Below are positions 55,774 to 64,000 of a stretch of DNA of 64,000 bases, piece by piece. The translations under genes and the position numbers were made by a program. How positions within the stretch are numbered: position 1 is the stretch's first letter; each line of letters begins with the position of its first letter. Origin of the DNA: an uncultured Candidatus Saccharibacteria bacterium (lineage in GTDB: Bacteria; Patescibacteriota; Minisyncoccia; JAHISW01; Tagabacteraceae); the NCBI GenBank assembly GCA_964601305.1, contig CAZRMW010000002.1, positions 3,439 through 67,438 on the forward strand. The letters are read 5' to 3'. The notes beneath the pieces were generated by a model, which worked only from the letters and a program-made list of their open reading frames with translations, was not told where the DNA came from and did no database searches.

Positions 55774-56016
55774 ATGAAAAAAAATGCAAGGATAACACTT
55801 GAGAAAATAAGGAAATACTACGAAAAAAGAAAAAAAACTTCTGATCGTTTTGATTCTTTCGTTAGTGGAATTTGGTTGGCAACAAATGAAAAAGCTAAGT
55901 TAACAGAAAATCAAGAAGGTAATTTATGGGGGATAATGATGTCCCTCCATTCAGAAGAAAATCTGACGGTTTTGGATGAAATAACTGTTGCTACTTGGAT
56001 TAATTCTTGTCGTTAA
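55774..56016 (+). CDS. hypothetical 81-aa protein
   Basis: SD AAGGAGG before the ATG at 55774; followed by the duplicated terminator. Confidence 0.45.
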   Translation: MKKNARITLEKIRKYYEKRKKTSDRFDSFVSGIWLATNEKAKLTENQEGNLWGIMMSLHSEENLTVLDEITVATWINSCR

Positions 56017-56049
56017 GATTTAATGTTCCCATATTTGACCTATCTCTCA

Positions 56050-56088
56050 AAAAGCGAAGCTCTGTGGGGCCTCGCTTTTTTATATTGA
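56050..56088 (+). terminator. terminator AAAAAGCGAAGCTCTGTGGGGCCTCGCTTTTTT, copy 2
   Basis: Hairpin plus T-run. Confidence 0.6.
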
Positions 56089-56159
56089 CTAATTTAAATA
56101 TATGTATATAATGGTAAATAAGAATAAGAGGCCGAAGGGCCTTTTAAAAATGATTTAAA

Positions 56160-56345
56160 ATGTTTACAAAATTAGTCAATTATTTAAAGGGTACAAAATC
56201 AGAGCTTGGCTCTGTAAACTGGCCTACAAAAAATCAAACAATTAATTCTACATTGTTAGTAATTGGTTTTTCTTTGTTCATTGCATTTTTTTTGGGATTT
56301 TTTGATAAAATTTTTACATTTTTACTAAAAACATTTGTTTTATAA
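56160..56345 (+). CDS. secE: preprotein translocase subunit SecE
   Basis: 61 aa with a single C-terminal TM (LLVIGFSLFIAFFLGFFD); directly upstream of nusG. Confidence 0.75.
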   Translation: MFTKLVNYLKGTKSELGSVNWPTKNQTINSTLLVIGFSLFIAFFLGFFDKIFTFLLKTFVL

Positions 56346-56348
56346 AAT

Positions 56349-56963
56349 ATGGCAGAGGAAATAAAAAAGAAAAAAGAGAAAAGAGAAATTTCTGAGCAAG
56401 ATACTCCTAATGAAATAAATAAACAAGGAGGTGAGGAGGAAGGTAGGGCTTGGTATGCTCTGCACACATATTCTGGATACGAAGATGCAGTTGTTAGAAA
56501 TCTTAAACAAAGAATAGAATCTTTGGGAATGGAAGATAAAATTTTTAATGTAATAGTACCAACGGAGAAAAAAATAAAAATAAGAGCAGGTAAAAGAAAA
56601 GTAGTTGAAGAAAAGCTTTATGCGGGGTATGTTTTGGTAGAGATGGTTGTTACCCACGATTCTTGGTATGTTGTAAGAAATACGCCAAGGGTAACAGGTT
56701 TCGTTGGTTCTGGTACCGTACCGCTTCCTTTAGAAAAAGAAGAAATAGACGGATTGTTTAAGAGAATGGGTGTTAAGGAGCCAAAATACAAATTGGATGT
56801 TGTAGTCGGAGAGTCTGTTAAAATTACAGATGGTCCATTTAAAGATTTTGAAGGAAGAGTAGAAAGTACAGATGAGGAAAGAGGAAAGATAAAAGTACTT
56901 GTTTCTATGTTTGGTAGGGAAACTCCTGTAGAATTAGACTTTTTGCAGGTAAAGAAAATTTAA
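56349..56963 (+). CDS. nusG: transcription antitermination factor NusG
   Basis: NGN domain (WYALHTYSGYEDAV) and C-terminal KOW (VVGESVKITDGPFKDFEGRV). Confidence 0.85.
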   Translation: MAEEIKKKKEKREISEQDTPNEINKQGGEEEGRAWYALHTYSGYEDAVVRNLKQRIESLGMEDKIFNVIVPTEKKIKIRAGKRKVVEEKLYAGYVLVEMVVTHDSWYVVRNTPRVTGFVGSGTVPLPLEKEEIDGLFKRMGVKEPKYKLDVVVGESVKITDGPFKDFEGRVESTDEERGKIKVLVSMFGRETPVELDFLQVKKI

Positions 56964-56972
56964 ATTTTAAAC

Positions 56973-57164
56973 ATGTCACAGAAAACAAACAAATCATATA
57001 GTAAAAGACTCAAAGTTACCAAAAATGGTAAGGTTGTTCAGCGCAGACCTGGTATGGGGCATTTTAATGCCAAAGAAGAAAGAAAAGGGCAGTTAAAGAA
57101 AAAAAGAACAAAACATTTTAATATTTCAAGTAAAACATTAAGCGGATTTATACCGCACGAATAA
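56973..57164 (+). CDS. rpmI: 50S ribosomal protein L35
   Basis: 63-aa basic protein with a KR.K.T..GK…H… pattern; adjacent to rplT. Confidence 0.65.
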   Translation: MSQKTNKSYSKRLKVTKNGKVVQRRPGMGHFNAKEERKGQLKKKRTKHFNISSKTLSGFIPHE

Positions 57165-57168
57165 AAAA

Positions 57169-57534
57169 ATGGTTAGAATAAAAAGAGGTACAATTTCATT
57201 AAAGAGGAGAAGAAACGTTTTAAAACAAACGAAGGGTTATAAGTGGGGAAGGAAGTCTAAAGAAAGGGCAGCTAAAGAAGCAATTTTTCATGCAGCTACT
57301 CATGCCTTTCAAGACAAAAGAAAAAAGAAAAGAGTTTTTAGAAAATTGTGGCAGATAAAAATAAATGCAGCTGTTCGTCCGCTAGAGGTTTCTTACAGTA
57401 GGTTTATAGACATGCTTAAAAAAGCTGAAGTTGGTTTGGATAGAAAAATATTGTCGCAATTAGCAGAGCACAAACCAGAAGTTTTTAAAAAAGTTGTTGA
57501 AGAGGTAACCCCGCCGAGCGGGGCAAGAAAATAA
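57169..57534 (+). CDS. rplT: 50S ribosomal protein L20 (C-terminal tail encoded by the palindrome)
   Basis: MVRIKRGTISLKRRRNVLKQTKGY…RKLWQIKINAAVR matches L20; the last codons (…TPPSGARK) read through CCCCGCCGAGCGGGG at 57509-57523. Confidence 0.85.
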   Translation: MVRIKRGTISLKRRRNVLKQTKGYKWGRKSKERAAKEAIFHAATHAFQDKRKKKRVFRKLWQIKINAAVRPLEVSYSRFIDMLKKAEVGLDRKILSQLAEHKPEVFKKVVEEVTPPSGARK

Positions 57535-57543
57535 AATAAAATT

Positions 57544-58062
57544 TTGAAGAGACCAAAAATAAACAACGAAATAAGAGCAAAAGAAGTCCGTTTAATAGAT
57601 GAAGAGAAAGGAGATTTAGGGGTTTTTGAAATTTCAAAAGCTATAGAAATGGCGCAAGGGAAGGGGTTGGATTTAATAGAAATTTCAGCAAAGGTAAAAC
57701 CTCCTATTGCTAAAATGATGGATTTTGGTAAGTTTTTATATAAAGAAAAAAGAAAACAGAGAGATGCAGCCAAAAAATCGAGTGGATCGGAAATGAAAAG
57801 TGTAAGGATTGGGCTTGGTACATCTGGAAAAGATTTAGAGTTAAAGGCAAAAAAAGCCTCGGAATTTATAAAAGAAGGGAACAGAGTAAGAGTGGAGCTT
57901 TTTTTAAGAGGAAGAGAAAAATATTTGGATAAAGATTTTTTGAAGGAGAGATTAGAAAGGGTAATAAATTTAATAACTGAAGAGCATAAAACTTTGCAAG
58001 AAATTAGAAAAGGTCCACGAGGAATATTTACTATTATAGAAAAACATGGCAAAAGCAATTAA
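57544..58062 (+). CDS. infC: translation initiation factor IF-3 (non-AUG start: TTG at 57544 or ATT at 57541)
   Basis: [34 protein letters not shown]… matches the IF3 N- and C-terminal domains; no in-frame ATG is available. Confidence 0.8.
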   Translation: MKRPKINNEIRAKEVRLIDEEKGDLGVFEISKAIEMAQGKGLDLIEISAKVKPPIAKMMDFGKFLYKEKRKQRDAAKKSSGSEMKSVRIGLGTSGKDLELKAKKASEFIKEGNRVRVELFLRGREKYLDKDFLKERLERVINLITEEHKTLQEIRKGPRGIFTIIEKHGKSN

Positions 58063-58468
58063 AACAATTTTTAAGATTCAAATTCCTGCAGGAAAAGCTG
58101 CACCAGCTCCTCCTATTGGTCCAGTTTTGGGTCAGCATGGTGTTAATATTGGAGATTTTGTAAGTAGATTCAACGATGCTACCAAAGAAATGGGGAGCGA
58201 TATTGTTCCAGCAGAAGTGACAGTTTATGAAGACAGGACTTTTGATTTTAAGCTTAAAACACCGCCTGCATCGGATCTTCTTAGAAAAGCTGCTGGTATC
58301 GAGAAGGGTTCTGGTAAACCAAATGTAAAAAAAGCAGGAAGTGTTAGTAAAGATCAAATAAAAGAAATTGCTGAGCGCAAAATGGAAGATTTAAATGCAA
58401 ACGATGTAGATGCTGCAATGAAGATTGTTGAAGGTACTGCGCGTTCAATGGGTATTGATGTAAAGTAA
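58046..58468 (+). CDS. rplK: 50S ribosomal protein L11
   Basis: [25 protein letters not shown]…TARSMGI matches L11. Confidence 0.9.
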   Translation: MAKAIKTIFKIQIPAGKAAPAPPIGPVLGQHGVNIGDFVSRFNDATKEMGSDIVPAEVTVYEDRTFDFKLKTPPASDLLRKAAGIEKGSGKPNVKKAGSVSKDQIKEIAERKMEDLNANDVDAAMKIVEGTARSMGIDVK

Positions 58469-58494
58469 TTTAAGACTTTTTTAAACAGAAAACG

Positions 58495-58514
58495 AAATCT
58501 CGCCAGAGGCGAGT
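58495..58514. repeat. hairpin repeat AAATCTCGCCAGAGGCGAGT, copy 2
   Basis: Identical to 20265-20284; downstream of rplK. Confidence 0.6.
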
Positions 58515-58544
58515 GAACTTTGAAAATATTTAGGGGGATATGAA

Positions 58545-59096
58545 ATGAAGAAACAAGTAGAGCGTCTTTCAAAAGAAGATTATCAGCGAATGATAACTTT
58601 TTTTGTTGCAACCCGTGGTACTTGTGATCGTTTGAGAGCTGCCACCACTTTGTGGGATGAAGTAGGTAGAATGATATCGATAGGCTATAATGGTTCACCA
58701 CCAGGTGATTTACATTGCGATGAAAAAGGTCATTTATTGGTTGACGATCACTGTATAAGAACAATTCACGGTGAAAGAAATGCCATTTTTAATACGGTTA
58801 ATCTAAAAAAACTCAAAAGTGCTACTGCGCGCATGTTGGGTACGCCTTGTTATAATTGTGTGAAGGATTTAGTTACCAATGGAATAATTACCATCGATAT
58901 TCTTAGTCCATACAACAACTCGCTAGGAATAGAAAATGTTGAAGATTTATGTAGACGTAAGAATGTAAAACTTATATTTACTAAATTTGATTTTGTAAAA
59001 GTTTTACAACAATCTGTTGATTTTTTGCAGGGACCTGGTGGACCACTTAAAGACTTGCAAGATATTCAAGTTAAATACAAAGGAGAAAATAAATGA
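58545..59096 (+). CDS. deoxycytidylate (dCMP) deaminase, ComEB family
   Basis: Zinc-binding motifs HGERNAI and PCYNCVK. Confidence 0.75.
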   Translation: MKKQVERLSKEDYQRMITFFVATRGTCDRLRAATTLWDEVGRMISIGYNGSPPGDLHCDEKGHLLVDDHCIRTIHGERNAIFNTVNLKKLKSATARMLGTPCYNCVKDLVTNGIITIDILSPYNNSLGIENVEDLCRRKNVKLIFTKFDFVKVLQQSVDFLQGPGGPLKDLQDIQVKYKGENK

Positions 59097-59824
59097 TAGA
59101 CGAAAGAACGAACTATGTTGAAGGAAGAAGAATTGACGATGTGTGGCGTGACGCAATGTGGTTGTGTATAAAAAACGGTTGGGATTTTGTTGTGAAGGGC
59201 GGAAGTTACAAGGGGCAGATAAGAAAACAATTATCGAGGGCACAGTTAGTTATTACAGACCCAGGAGAAAGACCACTTACTCCTTTTATGCCTCCAAATT
59301 TGGATCCAACAACTTCTGAGGAAGAAATAGAAAAATATTTTTTGACGTATTTAATGAATGATGTACCAGAGCCCGGAGAGCAGTATACTTATGGAACATT
59401 TATAAAACCACAATTACCAAAAATAATCGATATTTTGATAAAAGCAGAGGGGAACACAAATCAGGCGTGTATAAGTGTTGGAGATAAAGAGTCTCCATTT
59501 CTTGACGATCCTCCGTGTTTACGCATGGTTGATTTTAAAGTTGTCGAGAGAAAATTAGAGATGACGGTATTTTTTCGTTCTTGGGATTTGTATGCTGCAC
59601 TACCTCAAAATCTTGGCGGACTACAAATGTTAAAAGAATATGTGCTTGTAAATTTGCAAAACCATTTTGATGTTGAAGATGGTCCACTAATTGCTTATAG
59701 TAGTGGTCTTCATATCTATGAACAATATTTTAAAATAGTAGATATGTTAAATGTAGACAAAATAAAAATAGGAGTACAGGCGATAAAAGATAAAGAAAAA
59801 TTTCTTTCTGAAAAAGGTATTTAA
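59093..59824 (+). CDS. thymidylate-synthase-family protein (divergent ThyA-like)
   Basis: DPPCLRMVDF (compare ThyA PPCH with the catalytic Cys) and FFRSWDLYAALPQNLGGL (compare ThyA Q.YQRS.D..LG.PFNI); shorter than typical ThyA; overlaps the dCMP deaminase gene by 4 nt. Confidence 0.5.
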   Translation: MIDERTNYVEGRRIDDVWRDAMWLCIKNGWDFVVKGGSYKGQIRKQLSRAQLVITDPGERPLTPFMPPNLDPTTSEEEIEKYFLTYLMNDVPEPGEQYTYGTFIKPQLPKIIDILIKAEGNTNQACISVGDKESPFLDDPPCLRMVDFKVVERKLEMTVFFRSWDLYAALPQNLGGLQMLKEYVLVNLQNHFDVEDGPLIAYSSGLHIYEQYFKIVDMLNVDKIKIGVQAIKDKEKFLSEKGI

Positions 59825-59865
59825 ATTAAAAAAAGCGTGCTCGCGTGAAATGCGAGGACGCTTTT

Positions 59866-60726
59866 TTACTTGTGGCCTTCTATATATTCAAGAGCTACTC
59901 TTAAGGCATCTTCATTTTCTTTTACTAAAATGTCTGGAACAATCTTGTTTTTACCGCTTTGATATTTTAACTCTGATGTTGTAATAGATATCTTAAAACC
60001 ATCTTTTATCTTATAAAAATCACTTTGGGTAAGATTTTTCCCAAAACTAGGCGTGCCTATAACAACACCTCTTTTAGTTCTTTGAATAACATCCGCAAAA
60101 ATTTCTGCAGCACTTGCTGTGCGACTATTGATTAAAACGAAAATCTTATGTTTCAAAAAAGCAGGAGACCGTGTAATGTACCCAGAAGCTCTTTTTGTTT
60201 TCGTGAAGATTATATTTTCTCCAGGAGGCAAAAAAAGATCTAATAATCTAGAAGCATTGAGTATAAAACCTCCATAGTTGTCTCTCAAATCAAAAACAAT
60301 AGTCTTTATTTTTTTATTTTTTTTAAGTAATCGTTTTATTTTTTCTTCTATTGGATAATTAAAGTCTGAGATTTTTGTAATATAGATCTCGTTTATAATA
60401 ATATTACTAATAAAAGATTGTTTTCTTGCTGGTGTTGCTTCTTTGTTTATTGTAAGTTTGTTATTTTTTATCGAAATTGTCGCGTAAGGATCTATTTTTC
60501 TGAATTCTTTTAAAAATCCAATCATAGCGGCTATCTTTAGCTTTTTCTTTTGTTCTTCACTTAGATTTTTAAGTCCATTTTTATCTATTATATCTAATGT
60601 CCTTTCAACTACACCAGAAACTTCGAAACTTATAAGAGGTTTGTTTAATCTTGATATACCTACAAAAACTCCAATAATCAAAAAAATGAGAAATATTAAC
60701 AAAGGATTAATTTTTATCTTTTTCAT
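59866..60726 (-). CDS. S41-family (C-terminal processing) peptidase, membrane-anchored
   Basis: N-terminal TM; VFDLRDNYGG…LINSRTASAAEIFADVIQ (S41 catalytic region). Confidence 0.7.
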   Translation of the reverse strand: MKKIKINPLLIFLIFLIIGVFVGISRLNKPLISFEVSGVVERTLDIIDKNGLKNLSEEQKKKLKIAAMIGFLKEFRKIDPYATISIKNNKLTINKEATPARKQSFISNIIINEIYITKISDFNYPIEEKIKRLLKKNKKIKTIVFDLRDNYGGFILNASRLLDLFLPPGENIIFTKTKRASGYITRSPAFLKHKIFVLINSRTASAAEIFADVIQRTKRGVVIGTPSFGKNLTQSDFYKIKDGFKISITTSELKYQSGKNKIVPDILVKENEDALRVALEYIEGHK

Positions 60727-60871
60727 GAGATACTCCTCTTGTTTTTCAAAGTTTACTTGCCTTTGGCAAGGTTCTCTGTTTTAACTGTCTCACAGTTTGG
60801 ATGTTTTTGCTAGCATATGGTATTTTTATAAAAAACAAAGCAATTTTTGACAACAAAATAAGGAGTTCAAA

Positions 60872-61579
60872 ATGTTTATAGTTATTGAAGGTACAGATGG
60901 TACAGGGAAAACGACCCAGTTTAATAAGCTAAAAGAAAAATTGACACAAGAAGGACATAGTGTTGCGGTTTTTGATTTTCCTCAGTATGGAAATCCTTCA
61001 GCTTTTTTTGTGGAAAAATACTTGAATGGTAGATATGGAAGTGCTGATGATGTTGGGCCAAAAAGAGCATCCGTTTTTTACGCAGTTGATCGTTTAGACG
61101 CTTCTTTTAAGATTAAAGAAGCTCAAAAATTAAGAAAGATTTGTTTGTCCAATAGATATGTTGGGTCAAACATGGGGCATCAGGGCGGAAAAATTAAAAA
61201 TGAACAAGAGTTGATAAATTTTTTGGTATGGGTACAAAACTTTGAGTATGGATTAATGGGGATTTCAAAGCCAGATGTTTCAATTATTTTGCATATGCCG
61301 GCAAAGGTTGCACAAACACTGGTTGATAAAAAAGGAGAGAGGGAATATATAGGTGGCAAAAAAAGAGATATTCATGAAGATTCTTTGAGTCATCTTCAAA
61401 ATGCAGAAAAAACTTATTTAAAAATAGCCGAACTGTTTCCGAATGATTTTGTCGTCGTTGAGTGTTTTGAAAATGGAAGAATTTTGTCTGAAGAAGAAAT
61501 CCACGAAAAAATTTATAGCATTGTGAAAAAATTCCTGAAGGTAAGGAGGGAAAGATATGAAAATAACAGAAGAAGATAG
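60872..61579 (+). CDS. tmk: thymidylate kinase
   Basis: P-loop IVIEGTDGTGKTTQ, DRLDAS (DRY-like) and lid region. Confidence 0.8.
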   Translation: MFIVIEGTDGTGKTTQFNKLKEKLTQEGHSVAVFDFPQYGNPSAFFVEKYLNGRYGSADDVGPKRASVFYAVDRLDASFKIKEAQKLRKICLSNRYVGSNMGHQGGKIKNEQELINFLVWVQNFEYGLMGISKPDVSIILHMPAKVAQTLVDKKGEREYIGGKKRDIHEDSLSHLQNAEKTYLKIAELFPNDFVVVECFENGRILSEEEIHEKIYSIVKKFLKVRRERYENNRRR

Positions 61580-62633
61580 TTGTAAAATATATACAGGAAA
61601 TGATCATAAAAAAAAGAAAACAAGAATTATTTGGGCAACTGGTTTACCTTGTAATGGACGAAAAAAAATTTTAAGGGCATGGAAAAAACAAGCTAAAGAA
61701 AAGAAAAAAAATGTCGAAGTTTTTTATGTTGGAGATATGATGAAAGAGCAAGGAAGAACTATTCAAAGAACATGGCCCTCAAGAAATGTTTTGCGAGTAG
61801 CTTCACGATTTTTAGATGAAAGAAAATCTGCTGTCTTTGAAAAAATTCTTAAAAACATTGCAGAAAATTTTTATGATACAGTTGTTATAGTAGACCATTT
61901 AAATTTTCTTTGGGATAACGATTTTTTGGAAGCTCATGCTTCTTTTTCTTATATTCCAGTTGTTCAACCAGATGTTTTTGTTTGTTTTGTAGATGGTCCA
62001 GAAATTATTTCAAAAAGGTTAGCAAAAAACGATATGTGGAAGACACAATCTTTAAGGGCTCAGAACATTATTCTTTGGCAAAGTTCCGAGATAATGCTCA
62101 CAAAGAGTTTGGCAGAATCTCAGAGAAAAAGATGGATAATACTTCCTACAGGAGAGGAAAAGGAAGTTTTTTATGAGATAGCAAAAGATCCAGATGTAGA
62201 ATTGTTTTATATTATGATACCGATTACACACTTACTTGGGAAAGAAGGGGAAGAGGGGAGAAAAAAAGTAGATGATCTTATAAGAATGGTAAAAAAGGCG
62301 TACCCAGCAATGATCAATCCATATACCCTCCCCGTCGGCGACATAAAGATTGCTGGTTATTCAGAAAAATTAAGAGCCATTCATGATCATGTGTTAAATT
62401 TAAACGAAAGATTTATGAATCAGGCGGGCAGTGGAATCGTGCTTATGCCTGACAAGATTCCAAGTGATGGTGTAGGTTATGAACAACCAACAATGTCTCA
62501 AGCGGGAAAGGATGTTTTTACATTTTATCCTCACGATAAAGCAGGTCCACACAAAGCTCGATTTTCGACAAAAATATTTAAAACAATGGAAGAAATGGTT
62601 GAATTTCTTGAAAAAAAAGCTCATCCTGAATAA
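61557..62633 (+). CDS. hypothetical protein (overlaps tmk by 23 nt); possible nucleotide-kinase-like N-terminal region
   Basis: 358 aa; weak P-loop-like IIWATGLPCNGRKK; no confident family. Confidence 0.35.
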   Translation: MKITEEDSCKIYTGNDHKKKKTRIIWATGLPCNGRKKILRAWKKQAKEKKKNVEVFYVGDMMKEQGRTIQRTWPSRNVLRVASRFLDERKSAVFEKILKNIAENFYDTVVIVDHLNFLWDNDFLEAHASFSYIPVVQPDVFVCFVDGPEIISKRLAKNDMWKTQSLRAQNIILWQSSEIMLTKSLAESQRKRWIILPTGEEKEVFYEIAKDPDVELFYIMIPITHLLGKEGEEGRKKVDDLIRMVKKAYPAMINPYTLPVGDIKIAGYSEKLRAIHDHVLNLNERFMNQAGSGIVLMPDKIPSDGVGYEQPTMSQAGKDVFTFYPHDKAGPHKARFSTKIFKTMEEMVEFLEKKAHPE

Positions 62634-62659
62634 ATTGAAGTGTAAAGCCTTAAAGGGCT

Positions 62660-62756
62660 TGCCCCGCTGAAAAAGTGGGGCTTTTATTTGTGAAAATTCT
62701 ATTCTTACTAAAACTTACGATCGTGAGAAATAACAAGAATAGGGTTTTTGTTTTTG
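62660..62756 (+). terminator. tandem terminators: GCCCCGCTGAAAAAGTGGGGCTTTT, then a CTATTCTT…ACGATCGTGAGAAAT…AAGAATAGGGTTTTTG hairpin
   Basis: The second hairpin belongs to the same family as 48331-48385. Confidence 0.55.
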
Positions 62757-62785
62757 AGTTGGTGTTTTTGTGATAATATAGTTTT

Positions 62786-64000
62786 ATGAAGACAATAAAG
62801 ACAATTTTGGAAAACGAGACCGGGAAAAAGGTTGTTTGGAACGACAATTTTAAGGTTTACGGTGTTAACCTGGAATCTAAAAGTGAGGCGGAAAAAATTA
62901 GTAAAAAAGTCCAAAAAGAGGGTTTCAGTACTTCTATTATAGAAAAAGCCAGTAGGTTTTTCCTAAATGTGACTCCAGATGAAAAAGTCCTAAAAAGCAT
63001 TTTTAAGGATCTTTTGAATAAAGATATTTTTAATTTCGGAGAAGAAAAAGTGCAGGTGGAATTTATTTCTGCAAATCCTACAGGTCCACTTACGCTTGGA
63101 AATGGCCGAGGTGGAGTGTATGGAGATGTGCTAGCAAATGTTTTAAAGAAAGCTGGGTACGATGTTACAAAAGAGTACTACATAAACGATGCGGGCGGGC
63201 AAATAGAAATTTTGGGGCACTCTGTGCTTGGCGATGAGGAGGGACAGTATAAAGGAGAATATATAGACGAGCTTTCTAAAAAATTTACAGAAGGCAGTCC
63301 GGTGGAGGTGGGACAAAATGCTTTGGAAATAATTTTTGAGGGAATTAAAAAAACTGTTTCAGAGATGGGTATAGAGTTTGACAAATGGTTTTCTGAGCAA
63401 AAAGAACTTAGAGACAAAGGCAAGGTAGATGAAATAATAAATTGGTTTAAAGAAAAAGATTTGGTTTATGAAAAAGATGGAGCGCTTTGGTTTAAAGCAA
63501 GTGAATTTGGAGATGTGGAAGACAGAGTTTTAATAAAACAAAATGGTGAACCCACTTACTTCGGGGTAGACTGTGCATACCATAAAAACAAGTTTGTGGA
63601 GAGAAAGTTTGATAAAGTAATAAATATTTGGGGTGCAGATCACCACGGCGACGTAGCCAGAGTAAAAGGTTTTGTGGAAGCTTTGGGATATAAAGATAAG
63701 TTAGAAATTATTTTGATGCAATTTGTAAGGCTGGTGAAAGATGGCAAATCTGCGAGAATGTCTAAAAGAGAAGGTAATTTCGTTTTGGTAGACGATATAC
63801 TAAAAGAAGTGGGTAAAGATGTTTTTAGGTATTTTATGCTTACGCGCTCTGCTAATACTCATATGGATTTTGATATGGATCTAGCAAAAGAGCAAAGCAA
63901 GAAAAATCCAGTTTATTATATTCAATATGCTGGGGCAAGGATGAGTAGCCTCTTGGAGAAAGCTAGCTTTCAAGAAAAAGCAAAAGAAAGTAGCGAGAGT
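62786..64000 (+). CDS. argS: arginyl-tRNA synthetase (3'-truncated by the window end)
   Basis: Open frame to the window end (405 codons); N-terminal add-1 domain; ISANPTGPLTLGNGRGG (HIGH-region equivalent of ArgRS) and RMSKREGNFV (KMSKS). Confidence 0.85.
   Translation, partial: MKTIKTILENETGKKVVWNDNFKVYGVNLESKSEAEKISKKVQKEGFSTSIIEKASRFFLNVTPDEKVLKSIFKDLLNKDIFNFGEEKVQVEFISANPTGPLTLGNGRGGVYGDVLANVLKKAGYDVTKEYYINDAGGQIEILGHSVLGDEEGQYKGEYIDELSKKFTEGSPVEVGQNALEIIFEGIKKTVSEMGIEFDKWFSEQKELRDKGKVDEIINWFKEKDLVYEKDGALWFKASEFGDVEDRVLIKQNGEPTYFGVDCAYHKNKFVERKFDKVINIWGADHHGDVARVKGFVEALGYKDKLEIILMQFVRLVKDGKSARMSKREGNFVLVDDILKEVGKDVFRYFMLTRSANTHMDFDMDLAKEQSKKNPVYYIQYAGARMSSLLEKASFQEKAKESSES

Noticed and set aside
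57393-58058. 221-aa ORF on the minus strand
   Set aside because: Entirely antisense to rplT and infC, which have clear homology; it has low-complexity Ser/Leu/Phe-rich composition.

Overview
This is an AT-rich (~30% GC), gene-dense bacterial segment whose gene content and order look like a Candidate Phyla Radiation / Patescibacteria (Parcubacteria-like) chromosome. This taxonomic placement is an inference from sequence features only. The window spans the replication-origin region: tyrS, a class A PBP, dnaN, oriC-like DnaA boxes, dnaA, then rpmH-rnpA-yidC-jag. After that comes an 11-gene minus-strand operon encoding a type IV secretion / conjugation-like apparatus. It has a VirB4-like ATPase, a VirB6/TrbL-like polytopic protein, a VirB2/TrbC-like pilin with a Cys-rich tail, and secreted PKD- and TSP3-repeat proteins, but no relaxase or coupling protein in the window. 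Housekeeping genes follow: ksgA, uvrD/pcrA, a LysM-M23 peptidase, comM, rpsO-pnp, xerC/D, four tRNAs (Ala-GGC, Arg-CCU, Leu-GAG, Val-GAC), grx, rplS, rluA, recJ, rnhA, ppa, a split comEC, ndk, a beta-CASP RNase, smpB-ssrA (tmRNA), secE-nusG-rpmI-rplT-infC-rplK, dCMP deaminase, a ThyA-like gene, tmk and partial argS. Interspersed among these are short accessory segments. One is an array of small self-contained genes (two paralogous Zn-ribbon proteins) bounded by a repeated terminator element. A second is a 209-bp tandem repeat that starts inside the 3' end of the tmRNA gene, followed by two cargo genes with duplicated terminators. A ~45-nt GC-rich leader element occurs twice, one copy at the junction where comEC is split in two. 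A family of GC-rich palindromes (CCCCGCCGAGCGGGG and relatives) acts as terminator stems and is also translated in frame at the 3' ends of rpsO and rplT. No CRISPR array and no rRNA were found.
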